From positions 1,599 to 65,598 of the forward strand of contig CAYTQI010000003.1 in the NCBI GenBank assembly GCA_964440235.1: 64,000 nucleotides of DNA, in the 5' to 3' direction. The notes beneath the pieces were generated by a model. The model was not told the DNA's origin. It saw nothing but the letters and a program-made list of their open reading frames with translations, and did no database searches. This DNA comes from an uncultured Planctomycetia bacterium (GTDB lineage: Bacteria > Omnitrophota > Gorgyraeia > JABMRN01 > RBG-13-46-9). The translations under genes and the position numbers were made by a program. Shown piece by piece: positions 18,523 to 28,344 of this stretch. The stretch's first letter is position 1; the number at the start of each line of letters is the position of its first letter.

Positions 18523-19509
18523 TTACCATCCAAAAACCGCCCCGGCGTAAACGGCGGCCTCCTTCCTTGATTTAAGCCCCTTCACGTAAGCCTGGCCATT
18601 TCCTTTCATTATTCCGCGGGAAAGTTTTACATTAGCGCTTAAATCCCTGCCGCTTTCGCTTCTGAGCCGGAATAATACCGTATCCCCGGACGTTAGTTTC
18701 ATGTCCGCGCTGAAAACGATTGCGTGAATTTTTCCGTTTTTATATTTTATTTCAAACGCAAGCTCTTTGCCCCGCCTGACTTTCCAGCTGCCGAAAAGGG
18801 TGACTGTCCGACCAACCGGCGGGGCCTTTCGCGAAAGGCCTATGCCTATTTTGTATTTTATGTAATTTTTTCGGAAAATGCGAGCGCTTGTTTTAAAAGA
18901 AAATTTTGATTTCGTATTTCCGTCAAAAACATATGAAATTCCGGCATCGTCCGTAATGTTCCAGTGCCCTTTAAAAACCAGCGTGTGTATTTTTTTCGAT
19001 TTTCGGATAAGATGGGCTTTTTCATAGCGGTATATGACCTGATGATGCCTGTTTACTTCCCATATGCCGTCAAGGATAAGGATGTCATGCCTTCCGTGTT
19101 CTTTTTTTACCCTGAAGGTAAGGCGGTTATGGCGGTCGGCGCGCCAGGAACCTTTGAGTTTCAGGCAATAAGTCGAGCGGGTGGATTTTTTTGTCTGAGT
19201 GGAAACGGCAAAAAAAAGCGTGTCTTTATCTACGCGTACTATGTCACCTGTAAGCGTCAGTTTGTCGCCGGAGGCCCGCCTTCCCCGTTTGTCAAGCGTC
19301 AATGTTAGACGGCGGCGGCCTGAAAGCGACCACTTTCCCCTTAATTTTACCTGATGCGGGATTTTCGCTCCGCGCGGAAAGGGATCGTTTACGCTGTAGA
19401 TCAGCGTGTTATTTTTGCCTGTTTTGAATTTGCCGCTCAGAACCCTTCTGAAGTTGTGAAGGCGAACCAGTCTGTTATGCGGGTCGATCTCATACTTTGA
19501 CTTATGCAT
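18523..19509 (-). CDS. hypothetical basic all-beta repeat protein
   Basis: 328 aa with a recurring L-x-G-x-W...N/H-x-L/I-x-F/Y unit and a C-terminal Trp. Confidence 0.75.
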   Translation of the reverse strand: MHKSKYEIDPHNRLVRLHNFRRVLSGKFKTGKNNTLIYSVNDPFPRGAKIPHQVKLRGKWSLSGRRRLTLTLDKRGRRASGDKLTLTGDIVRVDKDTLFFAVSTQTKKSTRSTYCLKLKGSWRADRHNRLTFRVKKEHGRHDILILDGIWEVNRHHQVIYRYEKAHLIRKSKKIHTLVFKGHWNITDDAGISYVFDGNTKSKFSFKTSARIFRKNYIKYKIGIGLSRKAPPVGRTVTLFGSWKVRRGKELAFEIKYKNGKIHAIVFSADMKLTSGDTVLFRLRSESGRDLSANVKLSRGIMKGNGQAYVKGLKSRKEAAVYAGAVFGW

Positions 19510-19523
19510 CTATCCCCGCGGAA

Positions 19524-20285
19524 TTATTTTATTTCCAGGTCGTTTTTATAGGTTCTCTGTTTGGCCAGCTCCCAGGAATATTCGTAAAGGTGGAGCCCCT
19601 TGGAGCAGGCCACGATCTCCCCGTTTTCCACCCCTATTTCGTCCGCCATATATTGTTTCACGAGTTCAAGCCCGCCGAGATTTGACGGAAATCCTCCCCA
19701 AAGGTCCCATGAGCGAAAATACAGAAAAAAGTGCAGTTTTCCATATCGCACACGTGTGTCTATTATACGCAGGCACGGCGGGTCCTCGAGCATTATGTCT
19801 GAGGGCATGCCTATTTCCATGACCGCCTGGTTTGTCCCGAACCCCTGTGCCTTGTAGATTTTTATGACTTCCTCAACCTGGTTGCATTGAAGGGGCATTT
19901 CTTTAATCATTTTTTTCCCGTTAATTTTTGTTTCGATTTTCGCCTTCGGGTCCACCAGCCTCTCTCCATAGGTATAATCCTCGGTACTGGTCTTCTGGCT
20001 CGTGAGAAGGTAGGACAGGTACTGTTGTATATAATTCATGTCGGTAGGGGCGGGTATCGCGGAACCTTCCGGCATGAGCGGGATTATCTGATGGGACGGA
20101 TTTTTGACCCGTACGGTAATGAAATCAAATTCAAGCCGCTTTTGTCCCGCGTAACTTCCTCGGTCGATCCTGTAAACAAAACCGTGCTGCAGTATTTCCG
20201 ACAGGCACCTGAACCAGGCGTCATCAAGGTCAATCGCCTCTATATAAACCGGATTCAGGGCTTTTTCGCTTTTACTTTTTTTCAT
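19524..20285 (-). CDS. thyA: thymidylate synthase (archaeal-type ThyA)
   Basis: YTYGERL, DPPCL, FRSWD...FPSN, HLYE. Confidence 0.85.
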   Translation of the reverse strand: MKKSKSEKALNPVYIEAIDLDDAWFRCLSEILQHGFVYRIDRGSYAGQKRLEFDFITVRVKNPSHQIIPLMPEGSAIPAPTDMNYIQQYLSYLLTSQKTSTEDYTYGERLVDPKAKIETKINGKKMIKEMPLQCNQVEEVIKIYKAQGFGTNQAVMEIGMPSDIMLEDPPCLRIIDTRVRYGKLHFFLYFRSWDLWGGFPSNLGGLELVKQYMADEIGVENGEIVACSKGLHLYEYSWELAKQRTYKNDLEIK

Positions 20286-20313
20286 TTATATTCGTCACCC
20301 TTTTTTCCGCGCC

Positions 20314-20679
20314 TCATGCAAAGTAAATAATCAATAAGCCGAAAATAATAGGAATAAAGCTCGCCAGGCGCAGCGTTTTAAGCGGCTTGCCCCGCCATTT
20401 TTTAACCATATTTTTACATTTTTCGATACCGAGAATAAAAATAACGATGCCCCCGGTTAATGGAAAAATACCCAGCGCCACTATAACCCATATCACCCTG
20501 CACTGTGAGGCGGCCATGAGCAGTATAAGGCCGACAATGATCCTCGCAGCGCCTATTCCATAGATTCTCTTGCGCTTCAGGGCGTAAGAAAAAACACCTT
20601 TCATTGTTTCCGGATTCATGAGAAAGATAAGCCCCGCGCCCACAGAAATAACACCTATAAGCCTGGTCAGTAAAAACAT
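20314..20679 (-). CDS. four-TM membrane protein
   Basis: Hydrophobic helices; RBS AGGAGG. Confidence 0.75.
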   Translation of the reverse strand: MFLLTRLIGVISVGAGLIFLMNPETMKGVFSYALKRKRIYGIGAARIIVGLILLMAASQCRVIWVIVALGIFPLTGGIVIFILGIEKCKNMVKKWRGKPLKTLRLASFIPIIFGLLIIYFA

Positions 20680-20682
20680 GCT

Positions 20683-21339
20683 TCACTCCTCCTTTCGCGG
20701 CCCCGGCAACTTATTAACAGTATACCTGCGGAAAGAATAATTTGCAAGCGGAACGATTATTTCGCAGAGATCCGCGCCTAATTTTCCGAAAAGGCCGTAA
20801 AGCTTCGTAAGCGGCAGGCCCAATATATTATAGAACGAACCCTCTATGTTATCGAATATAAACGCGCCGGGGCCTTCTATGGAAAAACCGCCCGCTTTAT
20901 CGTGAGAAAGCGCAATTTTTACGAATTTATCTATTTTTTTACGTGAAAGTTTTTTAACATGAATTTTGGATACGTCTACCGCGCTTACTGATTTTTTTTT
21001 GGCGGCGTCTATCACGCATATTCCGGTATAAACAAGAATCGTTTTCGCCGAAAATGCTTTAAGAAAGCGCCTTGTCTCTTTTTTTGTTTTGGGTTTTCCG
21101 ATAAGGCGCCTGCCCATTAAGACGACGGTGTCGGCGCCGATTACAAAACCCTCCTTTCGCCCTTTCGCTATTTTCCCGGCCTTGGCGCGGGCATTATAGA
21201 GAACGCTGAACCCGGCGCCTCTTTTATGGTCCATTTTTTCCGGCACGCGGCTTATAGCGACTCTATGGGGTATGCCGCACTCCTTAAGTATTTTTGAGCG
21301 CCGTTTCGAAGCGGACGCCAGTATTATTTTAACCTTCAT
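20683..21339 (-). CDS. maf: Maf nucleotide pyrophosphatase
   Basis: ILASASKRR, IGADTVV, GKP, DKAGG, NILGLP. Start MKVKII overlaps the upstream stop (ATGA). Confidence 0.93.
   Translation of the reverse strand: MKVKIILASASKRRSKILKECGIPHRVAISRVPEKMDHKRGAGFSVLYNARAKAGKIAKGRKEGFVIGADTVVLMGRRLIGKPKTKKETRRFLKAFSAKTILVYTGICVIDAAKKKSVSAVDVSKIHVKKLSRKKIDKFVKIALSHDKAGGFSIEGPGAFIFDNIEGSFYNILGLPLTKLYGLFGKLGADLCEIIVPLANYSFRRYTVNKLPGPRKEE
20719..20747 (-). promoter_or_regulatory. sigma70-type promoter inside the 3' end of maf
   Basis: TTGCAA-17 nt-TATACT on the minus strand. Confidence 0.6.
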
Positions 21340-22571
21340 ACGTTGTCTCCGCAAACCCACCCCGTGGAAAATGCGGCCTGCATATTATAACCGCCGGTGG
21401 CGGCATCCACGTCAATCACCTCGCCGGCGAAAAAAAGGCCTTTCACAATCCTTGACTCCATGGTCATTGGATTTATTTCCCTTGTGCTGACGCCCCCCCT
21501 TGTAATAATACCGTTTTTGACCGGCATTACGCCGGAGGCGGTTATTCTAAAGTCAAATAATCCGTTTATAAGTTTTTTTCTTTCCGCTAACGTAACCCCG
21601 CACGCGGGTTTTTTGCCGTCAACACCGCAATATATAAAAAACTTTTCCGTTATACGCCCGGGAAGAAGATTTTTAAATACATTTTTTACGCTTTTTCGCG
21701 GGGACGCCTTAAATTCACGTAAAATCCTCGCGTTCAGTTTTTTATAGTCCAGGGCGGGTTTAAAATTGATAGAGATCGCCGCGCCGGGTTTTTCTTTCAA
21801 CTCGTCATACACGGACGCGCTCATGTCAAGTATAACCGGGCCCGACAAGCCAAAGTGAGTGAACAGCATTTCGCCGAATCTTTCTCCTATTTTTTTGCCG
21901 CCGGAAAAAAGCGAAATCCTAACGTTTTTAAGCGATACGCCCGCCCACTCTTTTGTAAATTTTTCCCTGGTGAGGACGCCGGAGAGCGCCGGTCTCAACG
22001 GAATAATTTTGTGTTTCAGTTTTTCGGCAAGCGCATACCCGTCTCCCGTGGAACCCGTCCCGGGATAGGAAAGCCCTCCCGTGGCAATAACCGCGCTTGT
22101 TGACGGAAAATATTTTCCCGAATACGTTAGAACACCTTCTATTTTTTTGTTTTTCGCGATGATTTCGCGCGCGCGCGTCCCGCGCCGGATTTCAACATTC
22201 ATCTTTTTAAGTTTTAATTTCAGGGCGCCGAGAATATCCCCTGCCGCGCCGCTCGCCGGAAATACGCGGCCGCCCCGCTCTGTTTTGAGCCTGACCCCGG
22301 CGGTTTCGAAAAAAGATATGAGCTCGATGTTGAAAAACTTCGCGAAAGCGTTCCTTAAAAATTTACCAGAAGGCGAAAATTTCCCTATAAAGTCCCCGAT
22401 ATCGCGGGAATTCGTAAGGTTGCACCGGCCTTTTCCGGAAATTAAAAGTTTTCTGCCAAGACAATCATTACGTTCAAAAAGAAGAATTTTCTTTTTTCTT
22501 TCCGCGGCGCGTATAGCGGCCATCATTCCGGCCGGGCCCGCTCCGATTATGATCGTGTCAGATTTTCTCAT
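21336..22571 (-). CDS. HI0933/BaiN/YhiN family flavoprotein
   Basis: GAGPAGMMAA, SGKGRCNLTN, GRVFP, TGDGY, TGGYNMQAAFSTG. Start moved to MRKSDT. Confidence 0.93.
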   Translation of the reverse strand: MRKSDTIIIGAGPAGMMAAIRAAERKKKILLFERNDCLGRKLLISGKGRCNLTNSRDIGDFIGKFSPSGKFLRNAFAKFFNIELISFFETAGVRLKTERGGRVFPASGAAGDILGALKLKLKKMNVEIRRGTRAREIIAKNKKIEGVLTYSGKYFPSTSAVIATGGLSYPGTGSTGDGYALAEKLKHKIIPLRPALSGVLTREKFTKEWAGVSLKNVRISLFSGGKKIGERFGEMLFTHFGLSGPVILDMSASVYDELKEKPGAAISINFKPALDYKKLNARILREFKASPRKSVKNVFKNLLPGRITEKFFIYCGVDGKKPACGVTLAERKKLINGLFDFRITASGVMPVKNGIITRGGVSTREINPMTMESRIVKGLFFAGEVIDVDAATGGYNMQAAFSTGWVCGDNV

Positions 22572-22716
22572 GGAGAAACATATAATACCAGAAACCCTCT
22601 TTTCTATCAACGAAATTAATAGTATAATAACCCGAGCGGGCGGAGGGGCGTGGTTTCGGACAAGGGTTGAGGGCCGCTTCCTGTAATAGCGCGCCTCTTC
22701 CGCGGTAACCCATACA

Positions 22717-23727
22717 TTGATGATGATATACGCGATAAAACCAAAAATATACCTCGCTCCCATGTCGGGAATAACGGACCTCTCGTTCCGGCTTGTTAGC
22801 CGCTCTTTCGGCGCCGCTCATTGTTTTTTTGAAATGCTTGACGCGAGAGCCCTGATCTATGAGCACCCGAAAAACAGGCGCCTGTTAAAAACCATTAAAA
22901 AAGATTCACCTCTGTCCGCGCAGCTTCTCGGGCGGGATCCTTCCGTGATGCTTGATGCCGCCGAAAAGCTGCTGAGTTTCGCCGACATATCCTTTCTGGA
23001 TATAAACAGCGCCTGCCCGGCGAAAAAAGTACTAAAAAAAGGCGCCGGCGCCGCTCTTTTGCGGAATCCGCCGGAACTGGGTAAAATCATTAAAAAATTG
23101 GCTTCCGGGCTCCGGGTACCGGTCACGGTTAAAATACGAAGCGGTTTTCACAAAAGAGATGCGGCCGAATGTATCAGGACCGCAAAATTGTGCCGGGACA
23201 ACGGCGCCTCGTGTATTTTTATACACGGCAGGACAATGTCGCAGGGGTACAGCGGCGATATCGATTATGAGATAATAAAAAAAGTGAAGGGCGCGCTGAA
23301 AATACCTGTCTTCGGAAGCGGTAATATATTCACTCCTTTCATGGCCAAAAAAATGCTGGATGAAACCGGCTGCGACGGGATACTGGTGGCGAGGGGGGCG
23401 CTCGGTAATCCATGGATATTCGGGAATATTGAAAAATACCTGAAAAGCGGGGCCGCCCCCGAAATTCCGGGCCTGGCCGTGAGGAAAAAGGTCCTTAAAA
23501 CACACCTCGCCTGCGTAGAAAAATATAAAGACATAGCGGCATCCAACAAGACGGGCTTTATGGGCAAGATAGCGATGTGGTATCTTAAAGGCATTCCGGA
23601 AGCCGCGAAAATCCGCAACCTCATCTCGAAAGCCGGCTCTTATCGTGATTTAATACGCCTTATCAATCGTATTCCGGCTAAAGCGGGCGGGCCTTCTAAA
23701 GCGTTTCCGCGAACCAATCGAGAATAA
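22717..23727 (+). CDS. dusB: tRNA-dihydrouridine synthase
   Basis: LAPMSGITD, DIN.ACP, HGRT, ARGALGNPWIF. True start may be ATG at 22720 or 22723. Confidence 0.9.
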   Translation: MMMIYAIKPKIYLAPMSGITDLSFRLVSRSFGAAHCFFEMLDARALIYEHPKNRRLLKTIKKDSPLSAQLLGRDPSVMLDAAEKLLSFADISFLDINSACPAKKVLKKGAGAALLRNPPELGKIIKKLASGLRVPVTVKIRSGFHKRDAAECIRTAKLCRDNGASCIFIHGRTMSQGYSGDIDYEIIKKVKGALKIPVFGSGNIFTPFMAKKMLDETGCDGILVARGALGNPWIFGNIEKYLKSGAAPEIPGLAVRKKVLKTHLACVEKYKDIAASNKTGFMGKIAMWYLKGIPEAAKIRNLISKAGSYRDLIRLINRIPAKAGGPSKAFPRTNRE

Positions 23728-24532
23728 GTTTCTCGATCCTATCCGGATTGAACTGAATTATTCTTTCGGCGTGAAGCCCCCCTTTTACTATTTCTATCTT
23801 TTTGCGGACCCGTGCCGCCTCATAGAGCTTTCTGGAATGGCTGTCTTTGACAAGCCAATCCCTGTCGCCGTGTATGAAAAGTATCGGGGTGTCTTTTATA
23901 AGGCCTATCATGTCTATCGGCTTTTTTTTCGGCTCGAATATACTGCCGCACCTCGCGCCCTTGCCTTCCCACCCGCACTCTATATTATCTTTTAAATCCG
24001 AAAACATCCCGGGTTCCCAAAAATGAAAATTTACCATTTTAAAGCTTGACGGCGCGCTTATAAGCACCATACTGCCGACATCGCCCCTCTCCGAGGCGAC
24101 GTTAATGGCGGAAGCGGCCCCGAGAGAAAAAGCGACCAATCCCACGCCATCATACCCCTCGGCCCTGGCGTAATCGATAACGACATTCAGGTCATGGTGC
24201 TCTCTGGCTGACCAGGTAAACTTTCCGCCGCTTTCGCCGTGGCCCCTCGGATCGAAAATTATAACGTCATACCCGGAAGATATAAAATCCGCCGTTTTAC
24301 GCATCCACCTGTTTTTCTTGCTGTTGTAAAAACCCGGGCATATTATTACCACTTTTTTAAATCCGTTTTTGTACCGCTCGTACGCTATCGAAACGCCGTC
24401 TTCTGTCATAAGCGCGCCCTTCAGGCATTCCGCGAGCGGCCGCGAATTAACGGCTCCGGCGCAAAAACAAACTATCGCGTAAAAAAACAGGATAAAATAT
24501 AGATACTTCCTCACGTACGCTCTTTTATCCAT
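23696..24532 (-). CDS. alpha/beta hydrolase
   Basis: DPRGHGES, AFSLG, IHGDRD, GLHA; N-terminal hydrophobic segment. Confidence 0.88.
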   Translation of the reverse strand: MDKRAYVRKYLYFILFFYAIVCFCAGAVNSRPLAECLKGALMTEDGVSIAYERYKNGFKKVVIICPGFYNSKKNRWMRKTADFISSGYDVIIFDPRGHGESGGKFTWSAREHHDLNVVIDYARAEGYDGVGLVAFSLGAASAINVASERGDVGSMVLISAPSSFKMVNFHFWEPGMFSDLKDNIECGWEGKGARCGSIFEPKKKPIDMIGLIKDTPILFIHGDRDWLVKDSHSRKLYEAARVRKKIEIVKGGLHAERIIQFNPDRIEKLILDWFAETL

Positions 24533-25323
24533 TTAAAAACATCCTCAAAAACCTTCCCTCGCCCCAGCTCGACGTTCAGGGCGTGATACATGCCGGGATA
24601 CTCTATGAGCGTTTTATCTTTTATTTTCATTCCATTAAATACTTTTCTGCAGGATCCGGAAGAGACCAGCGCGTCCTCGCCCGCCAGAAGAAAAAGCACG
24701 GGGGATTTGATCCTGTTTTTTAAAATCACCCCCTGTAATCCCGCCAGAAATATTGACACGAGAAGATTTGACGTCGCGAACCTTATCTCAAGTTCGTCGG
24801 AATCCATGGATTTTTGATAATCAGTGTCCCTCGTGCACATTTCCGCGGAAAAAGGCAACTTGAAATTTTTCTTTCCGTTGTAAAAAAATGACGCGAAAAT
24901 ATCCGCGTACTCAAAAATTTTAAATTTAAGTTTTGGCTTAAAAGCCGGAGCCACGCAAATAACGCCGCTGAAAAGATTCGGATACAGCGCCGAGGCGGTA
25001 AAAACGATCACGCCTCCCATGCTTTGTCCGGTAAGAAAAATCTTTATATCACCGTTTTCCCTTATTATTATCTCGCGCAGCGCCTTTATATCATCATAAT
25101 AGGCGCTGAAAGAATCTACATAACCTTTAGTTCCCGCGGTTCTGCCGAATCCCCTTAATTCTATGGCGTATGACGATATATTTCTTTTAAGAAAAAAATC
25201 CCCCATGAATTTCCAGGAATCACCGTACGTGCCAAGGCCGTGCACCAGCAAAAACGCCGCCCTGGGCGAGGCGGCGGCCCATTTCCTGTAAATAACGCCT
25301 GTTTTTTTGTCTTTTTTTATCAT
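24511..25323 (-). CDS. lysophospholipase/monoacylglycerol lipase (Hydrolase_4)
   Basis: LVHGLG, GQSMGG, YPGMYH. Confidence 0.88.
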   Translation of the reverse strand: MIKKDKKTGVIYRKWAAASPRAAFLLVHGLGTYGDSWKFMGDFFLKRNISSYAIELRGFGRTAGTKGYVDSFSAYYDDIKALREIIIRENGDIKIFLTGQSMGGVIVFTASALYPNLFSGVICVAPAFKPKLKFKIFEYADIFASFFYNGKKNFKLPFSAEMCTRDTDYQKSMDSDELEIRFATSNLLVSIFLAGLQGVILKNRIKSPVLFLLAGEDALVSSGSCRKVFNGMKIKDKTLIEYPGMYHALNVELGRGKVFEDVFKWIKERT

Positions 25324-25397
25324 TGTGCCTTATTTTAATATACTTGTAAAAGCGGATTTTTGCAAGCGGGAAAGAGATTTTAGAGGCAGGAAATCAG

Positions 25398-27110
25398 TCA
25401 GGCGCTTACCATTTCACTAACGGCTTTTCTTTTTATTTTCCTGGTCACCGTTTTCGGCAGTTCCTCAAGCCGCACCTGAAAACCCGTTATCCTTTTATAT
25501 TCGGCCAAATTCCTGCCCAGGCGCGTGAGTTCCGATGATATCTTCTTTCTGATGTTCTCCATGTCAGGGGTTTCGCCTTCGCCGAATATCTCAAGATTTG
25601 GCACGATAACGGCGTAAATTTCCTCATGCCCTTTCCGGATGCCGCGGGAGGCGATCCTGCCGAGAACCGCTATTTCTTTTATGTAAGGGCTCTTCTCCAT
25701 TACGCCTTCTACTTCTTCCGGAAAAACTTTTTTGCCGGTGCCCATGGCGATCAGGTTCCTGGTCCGGCCGGATATATGCAGGAAATTGTCGTTGTCAAAA
25801 TAACCTATGTCACCGGTGTGAAGCCATCCGCCTCTTATTATTTCGGCGGTCTTTTCCGGATTATTATAATAGCCCTTCATCACATGCGGGCCGCGCGTTA
25901 TGATCTCGCCTTCCCGGGAAAATTTTTTCTTTTTAAGGATTTTTACCTCAACCCCCGGCAACGGCTTTCCCACAGAAGCGATTTTGTTATCATTAAAAGT
26001 ATTTACCGATATAACCGGCGCGGTTTCGGTGAGGCCGTAACCCTGCAGCACCCTGAACCCCAACGCGTTCAGATCTTTCTCCACGCCGGTGTCAAGCGGC
26101 GCCCCGCCGCTTATAAATCCGCGAAAATGCCCTCCGAATTCATCGTGAATCGCGGCGAAAAGCCTCTTTCCTATCCTTATGTTAAATTTAAGCAGGCCCC
26201 TGGAAAGCGCGAGGCTTGCCCTGAATACCTTTTGCCTGGAATGTGGGAATTTGGCGATTTTTTTCATGATACCGCCGTGTATCAATTTGAGCACAAGGGG
26301 CACGCAAATCATCGCCGTGGTTTTTGTTTCCTTCATAAGCCGCAAAAGCGCGCCCGATTTAAGGCTGCCGGAATAGGTAATACACGAACCGCTATACAGG
26401 GGAACCATAAGTCCGCCTGTAATCTCAAGCATATGGTTTAACGGCAAAACTGAAAGGAGATTATCGCTGGGGCAGGAATGGATTATCTCGCTGAAAGCCA
26501 GCACCTGAAATAAAAGGTTCCTGTAGCTTATCTCGACACCTTTGGCGACGCCGGTTGTGCCGGATGTATAAACAATCAATGAAGTGTCTTCGGGGTACAC
26601 GGGGCGCCCCCTTTGTTTTCCCCTGTGACGGCTCATGTTTTTAAGGAGTATCGCTCCGGCCGTAGCGGACCCGTCCAAAAGAATGATATGTTCGAGCCCG
26701 GGAAGGACTGTTTTTAAATTATTTATGACCGGAAGATATTTTTCGCTGACAAACACGCATTTTACCCGGCTGTCATTCATTATGAATTGTATTTCCTTTT
26801 CGCTTAACTTGGCGTCAATCGGGACCACTATGCCGGCGCAGGATATTATGCCAAAATACGCAAGCGCCCATTCAGGCCTGTTCTCGGAGAGGATAGCTAT
26901 TTTATCACTTTTTTTTACGCCAAGCTCCATGAGCGCGGAAGAAATCGTCACCACCCGGCGCCCCAGCTTTACATATGAAATATCTTTTAAGCGCCCGTCT
27001 TTCGCTTTTATCCTGAGAGCCGGTTTTTGGCCATATTTTTTATTTATCGCCTCAAGTATATCTCTAATGGTGATATTACGTAAAACCGTTTTTACCATTG
27101 AGTTTATCAT
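25398..27110 (-). CDS. long-chain fatty acid-CoA ligase
   Basis: YTSGTTGVAKG, GYGLTE, TGDIG, PKT..RKIKR. Confidence 0.92.
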   Translation of the reverse strand: MINSMVKTVLRNITIRDILEAINKKYGQKPALRIKAKDGRLKDISYVKLGRRVVTISSALMELGVKKSDKIAILSENRPEWALAYFGIISCAGIVVPIDAKLSEKEIQFIMNDSRVKCVFVSEKYLPVINNLKTVLPGLEHIILLDGSATAGAILLKNMSRHRGKQRGRPVYPEDTSLIVYTSGTTGVAKGVEISYRNLLFQVLAFSEIIHSCPSDNLLSVLPLNHMLEITGGLMVPLYSGSCITYSGSLKSGALLRLMKETKTTAMICVPLVLKLIHGGIMKKIAKFPHSRQKVFRASLALSRGLLKFNIRIGKRLFAAIHDEFGGHFRGFISGGAPLDTGVEKDLNALGFRVLQGYGLTETAPVISVNTFNDNKIASVGKPLPGVEVKILKKKKFSREGEIITRGPHVMKGYYNNPEKTAEIIRGGWLHTGDIGYFDNDNFLHISGRTRNLIAMGTGKKVFPEEVEGVMEKSPYIKEIAVLGRIASRGIRKGHEEIYAVIVPNLEIFGEGETPDMENIRKKISSELTRLGRNLAEYKRITGFQVRLEELPKTVTRKIKRKAVSEMVSA

Positions 27111-27111
27111 T

Positions 27112-27927
27112 TTATACCCTTTTCTTAATCCATTTTGCTACGTCAGCAAAAACTTTTTCCCTGCCGAGTTCCGCGGTGAGGGTATGGCGCATACCCGGGT
27201 ACCTGATCAATTTCTTGTCTTTTGTTTTCAGGCCCTTGAAGATTTTACGGCTCGCGCGGCCGCATACAAAAGTGTCTTTTCCGCCAAGAAGAAAAAGCGT
27301 TCGCATTTTCACCTTTCGTTTCAGGATTTTTGAGTACATCTGGCCGATCAATATGTTTAAAAGAAGCCCCGGGGTGGCAAACCTGTGCTCAAGGGGATCC
27401 GAATCCATTTGTTTTCGGCAGGCCTCGTCCCGCGTACACATCTCGGAATTGAAAGGCATGTAAAATTGTTTTTTCGGATTATAAAGCCAGGCCAGCGTCA
27501 TTTTTACATAATCCATGATAGAAAATTTCAATAGGCTTCCGAAACCGGGCGATATGCATATGAGCCCGCTGAAAAGGTCCGGCTTTTTTATCGCAGCTAT
27601 GAAAGCGATGAGCCCTCCCATGCTTTCGCCGGCCACAAAAACCTTCTTTCCCCTGTGTTCTCTTTTTATAATATGATGCAGGCGCCGGACATCTTTTACA
27701 TAAGTGTCAAGCGAATCTATATGCCCTTTTACCCTGCCCGCCACATCCTCGCCAAAACCCTTCAGTTCCAACGCATAACAAGCGATATTCTCGCGAATCA
27801 AATAATCTGAAAAATATTCCCAGTTATTACTGTGGCCGCCGAGGCCGTGGACCAGGAGGATAATGGCTTTCGGCGAGGAGCATCCCCATTGTCTGTAAAA
27901 TATGTTTCTTTTACCGCATTTTCTCAT
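27112..27927 (-). CDS. lysophospholipase/monoacylglycerol lipase (Hydrolase_4), paralog of 24511-25323
   Basis: LVHGLG, GESMGG, YPGMRH. Shares EMCTRD...MDSD.LE.RFAT with the paralog. Confidence 0.88.
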   Translation of the reverse strand: MRKCGKRNIFYRQWGCSSPKAIILLVHGLGGHSNNWEYFSDYLIRENIACYALELKGFGEDVAGRVKGHIDSLDTYVKDVRRLHHIIKREHRGKKVFVAGESMGGLIAFIAAIKKPDLFSGLICISPGFGSLLKFSIMDYVKMTLAWLYNPKKQFYMPFNSEMCTRDEACRKQMDSDPLEHRFATPGLLLNILIGQMYSKILKRKVKMRTLFLLGGKDTFVCGRASRKIFKGLKTKDKKLIRYPGMRHTLTAELGREKVFADVAKWIKKRV

Positions 27928-28080
27928 CAGTATAACAAGAATACCATATGGAATTAGTTAAGTCAATAAAAATCCAGCTTCCTTTTTCATCACTAACTCT
28001 TTAAGAAACCATGCCTCGCATTTTCGTTTCTTCCCTTTTTCCTCAATAAAATAGCGAATACAAAGGCCTGAACCCTTATT

Positions 28081-28344
28081 CTACGCGCCTATTAACTGAC
28101 GCAATTCCTGTATCCGGCCCAAACATAAACCGTATAAATCCATTGATATTTTTATAAGCCATATGTTTACGGCAACAACCAGTAATGTTATGCCGATTTT
28201 GAGTTTTTTACTAAAAGCCGGGCTTATCCATAAAAGCGGCAACGCTAACGCCCCCACGCAAAGAATTGCCGTAAACACGGCAACCGGCCTGTGGTACCAC
28301 TTGACCTGCCTGATTACCGTGTTTCCTGAATCCATTTTTAACAT
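28081..28344 (-). CDS. small membrane protein
   Basis: KWY...VGALALPLLW.SP pattern with two TMs. Start trimmed because the upstream part of the track ORF overlaps another gene. Confidence 0.7.
   Translation of the reverse strand: MLKMDSGNTVIRQVKWYHRPVAVFTAILCVGALALPLLWISPAFSKKLKIGITLLVVAVNIWLIKISMDLYGLCLGRIQELRQLIGA

Noticed and set aside
19524-20285. Phage-type dCMP hydroxymethylase / DNA hypermodification system
   Set aside because: The specificity residue is Asn (dUMP type), and there are no neighbouring phage, kinase or DNA glycosyltransferase genes.
22572-22716. Riboswitch in the baiN/dusB divergent region (AGAGGCGCG resembles a lysine riboswitch start)
   Set aside because: The region is too short and lacks the other conserved elements; an Rfam scan would be needed.
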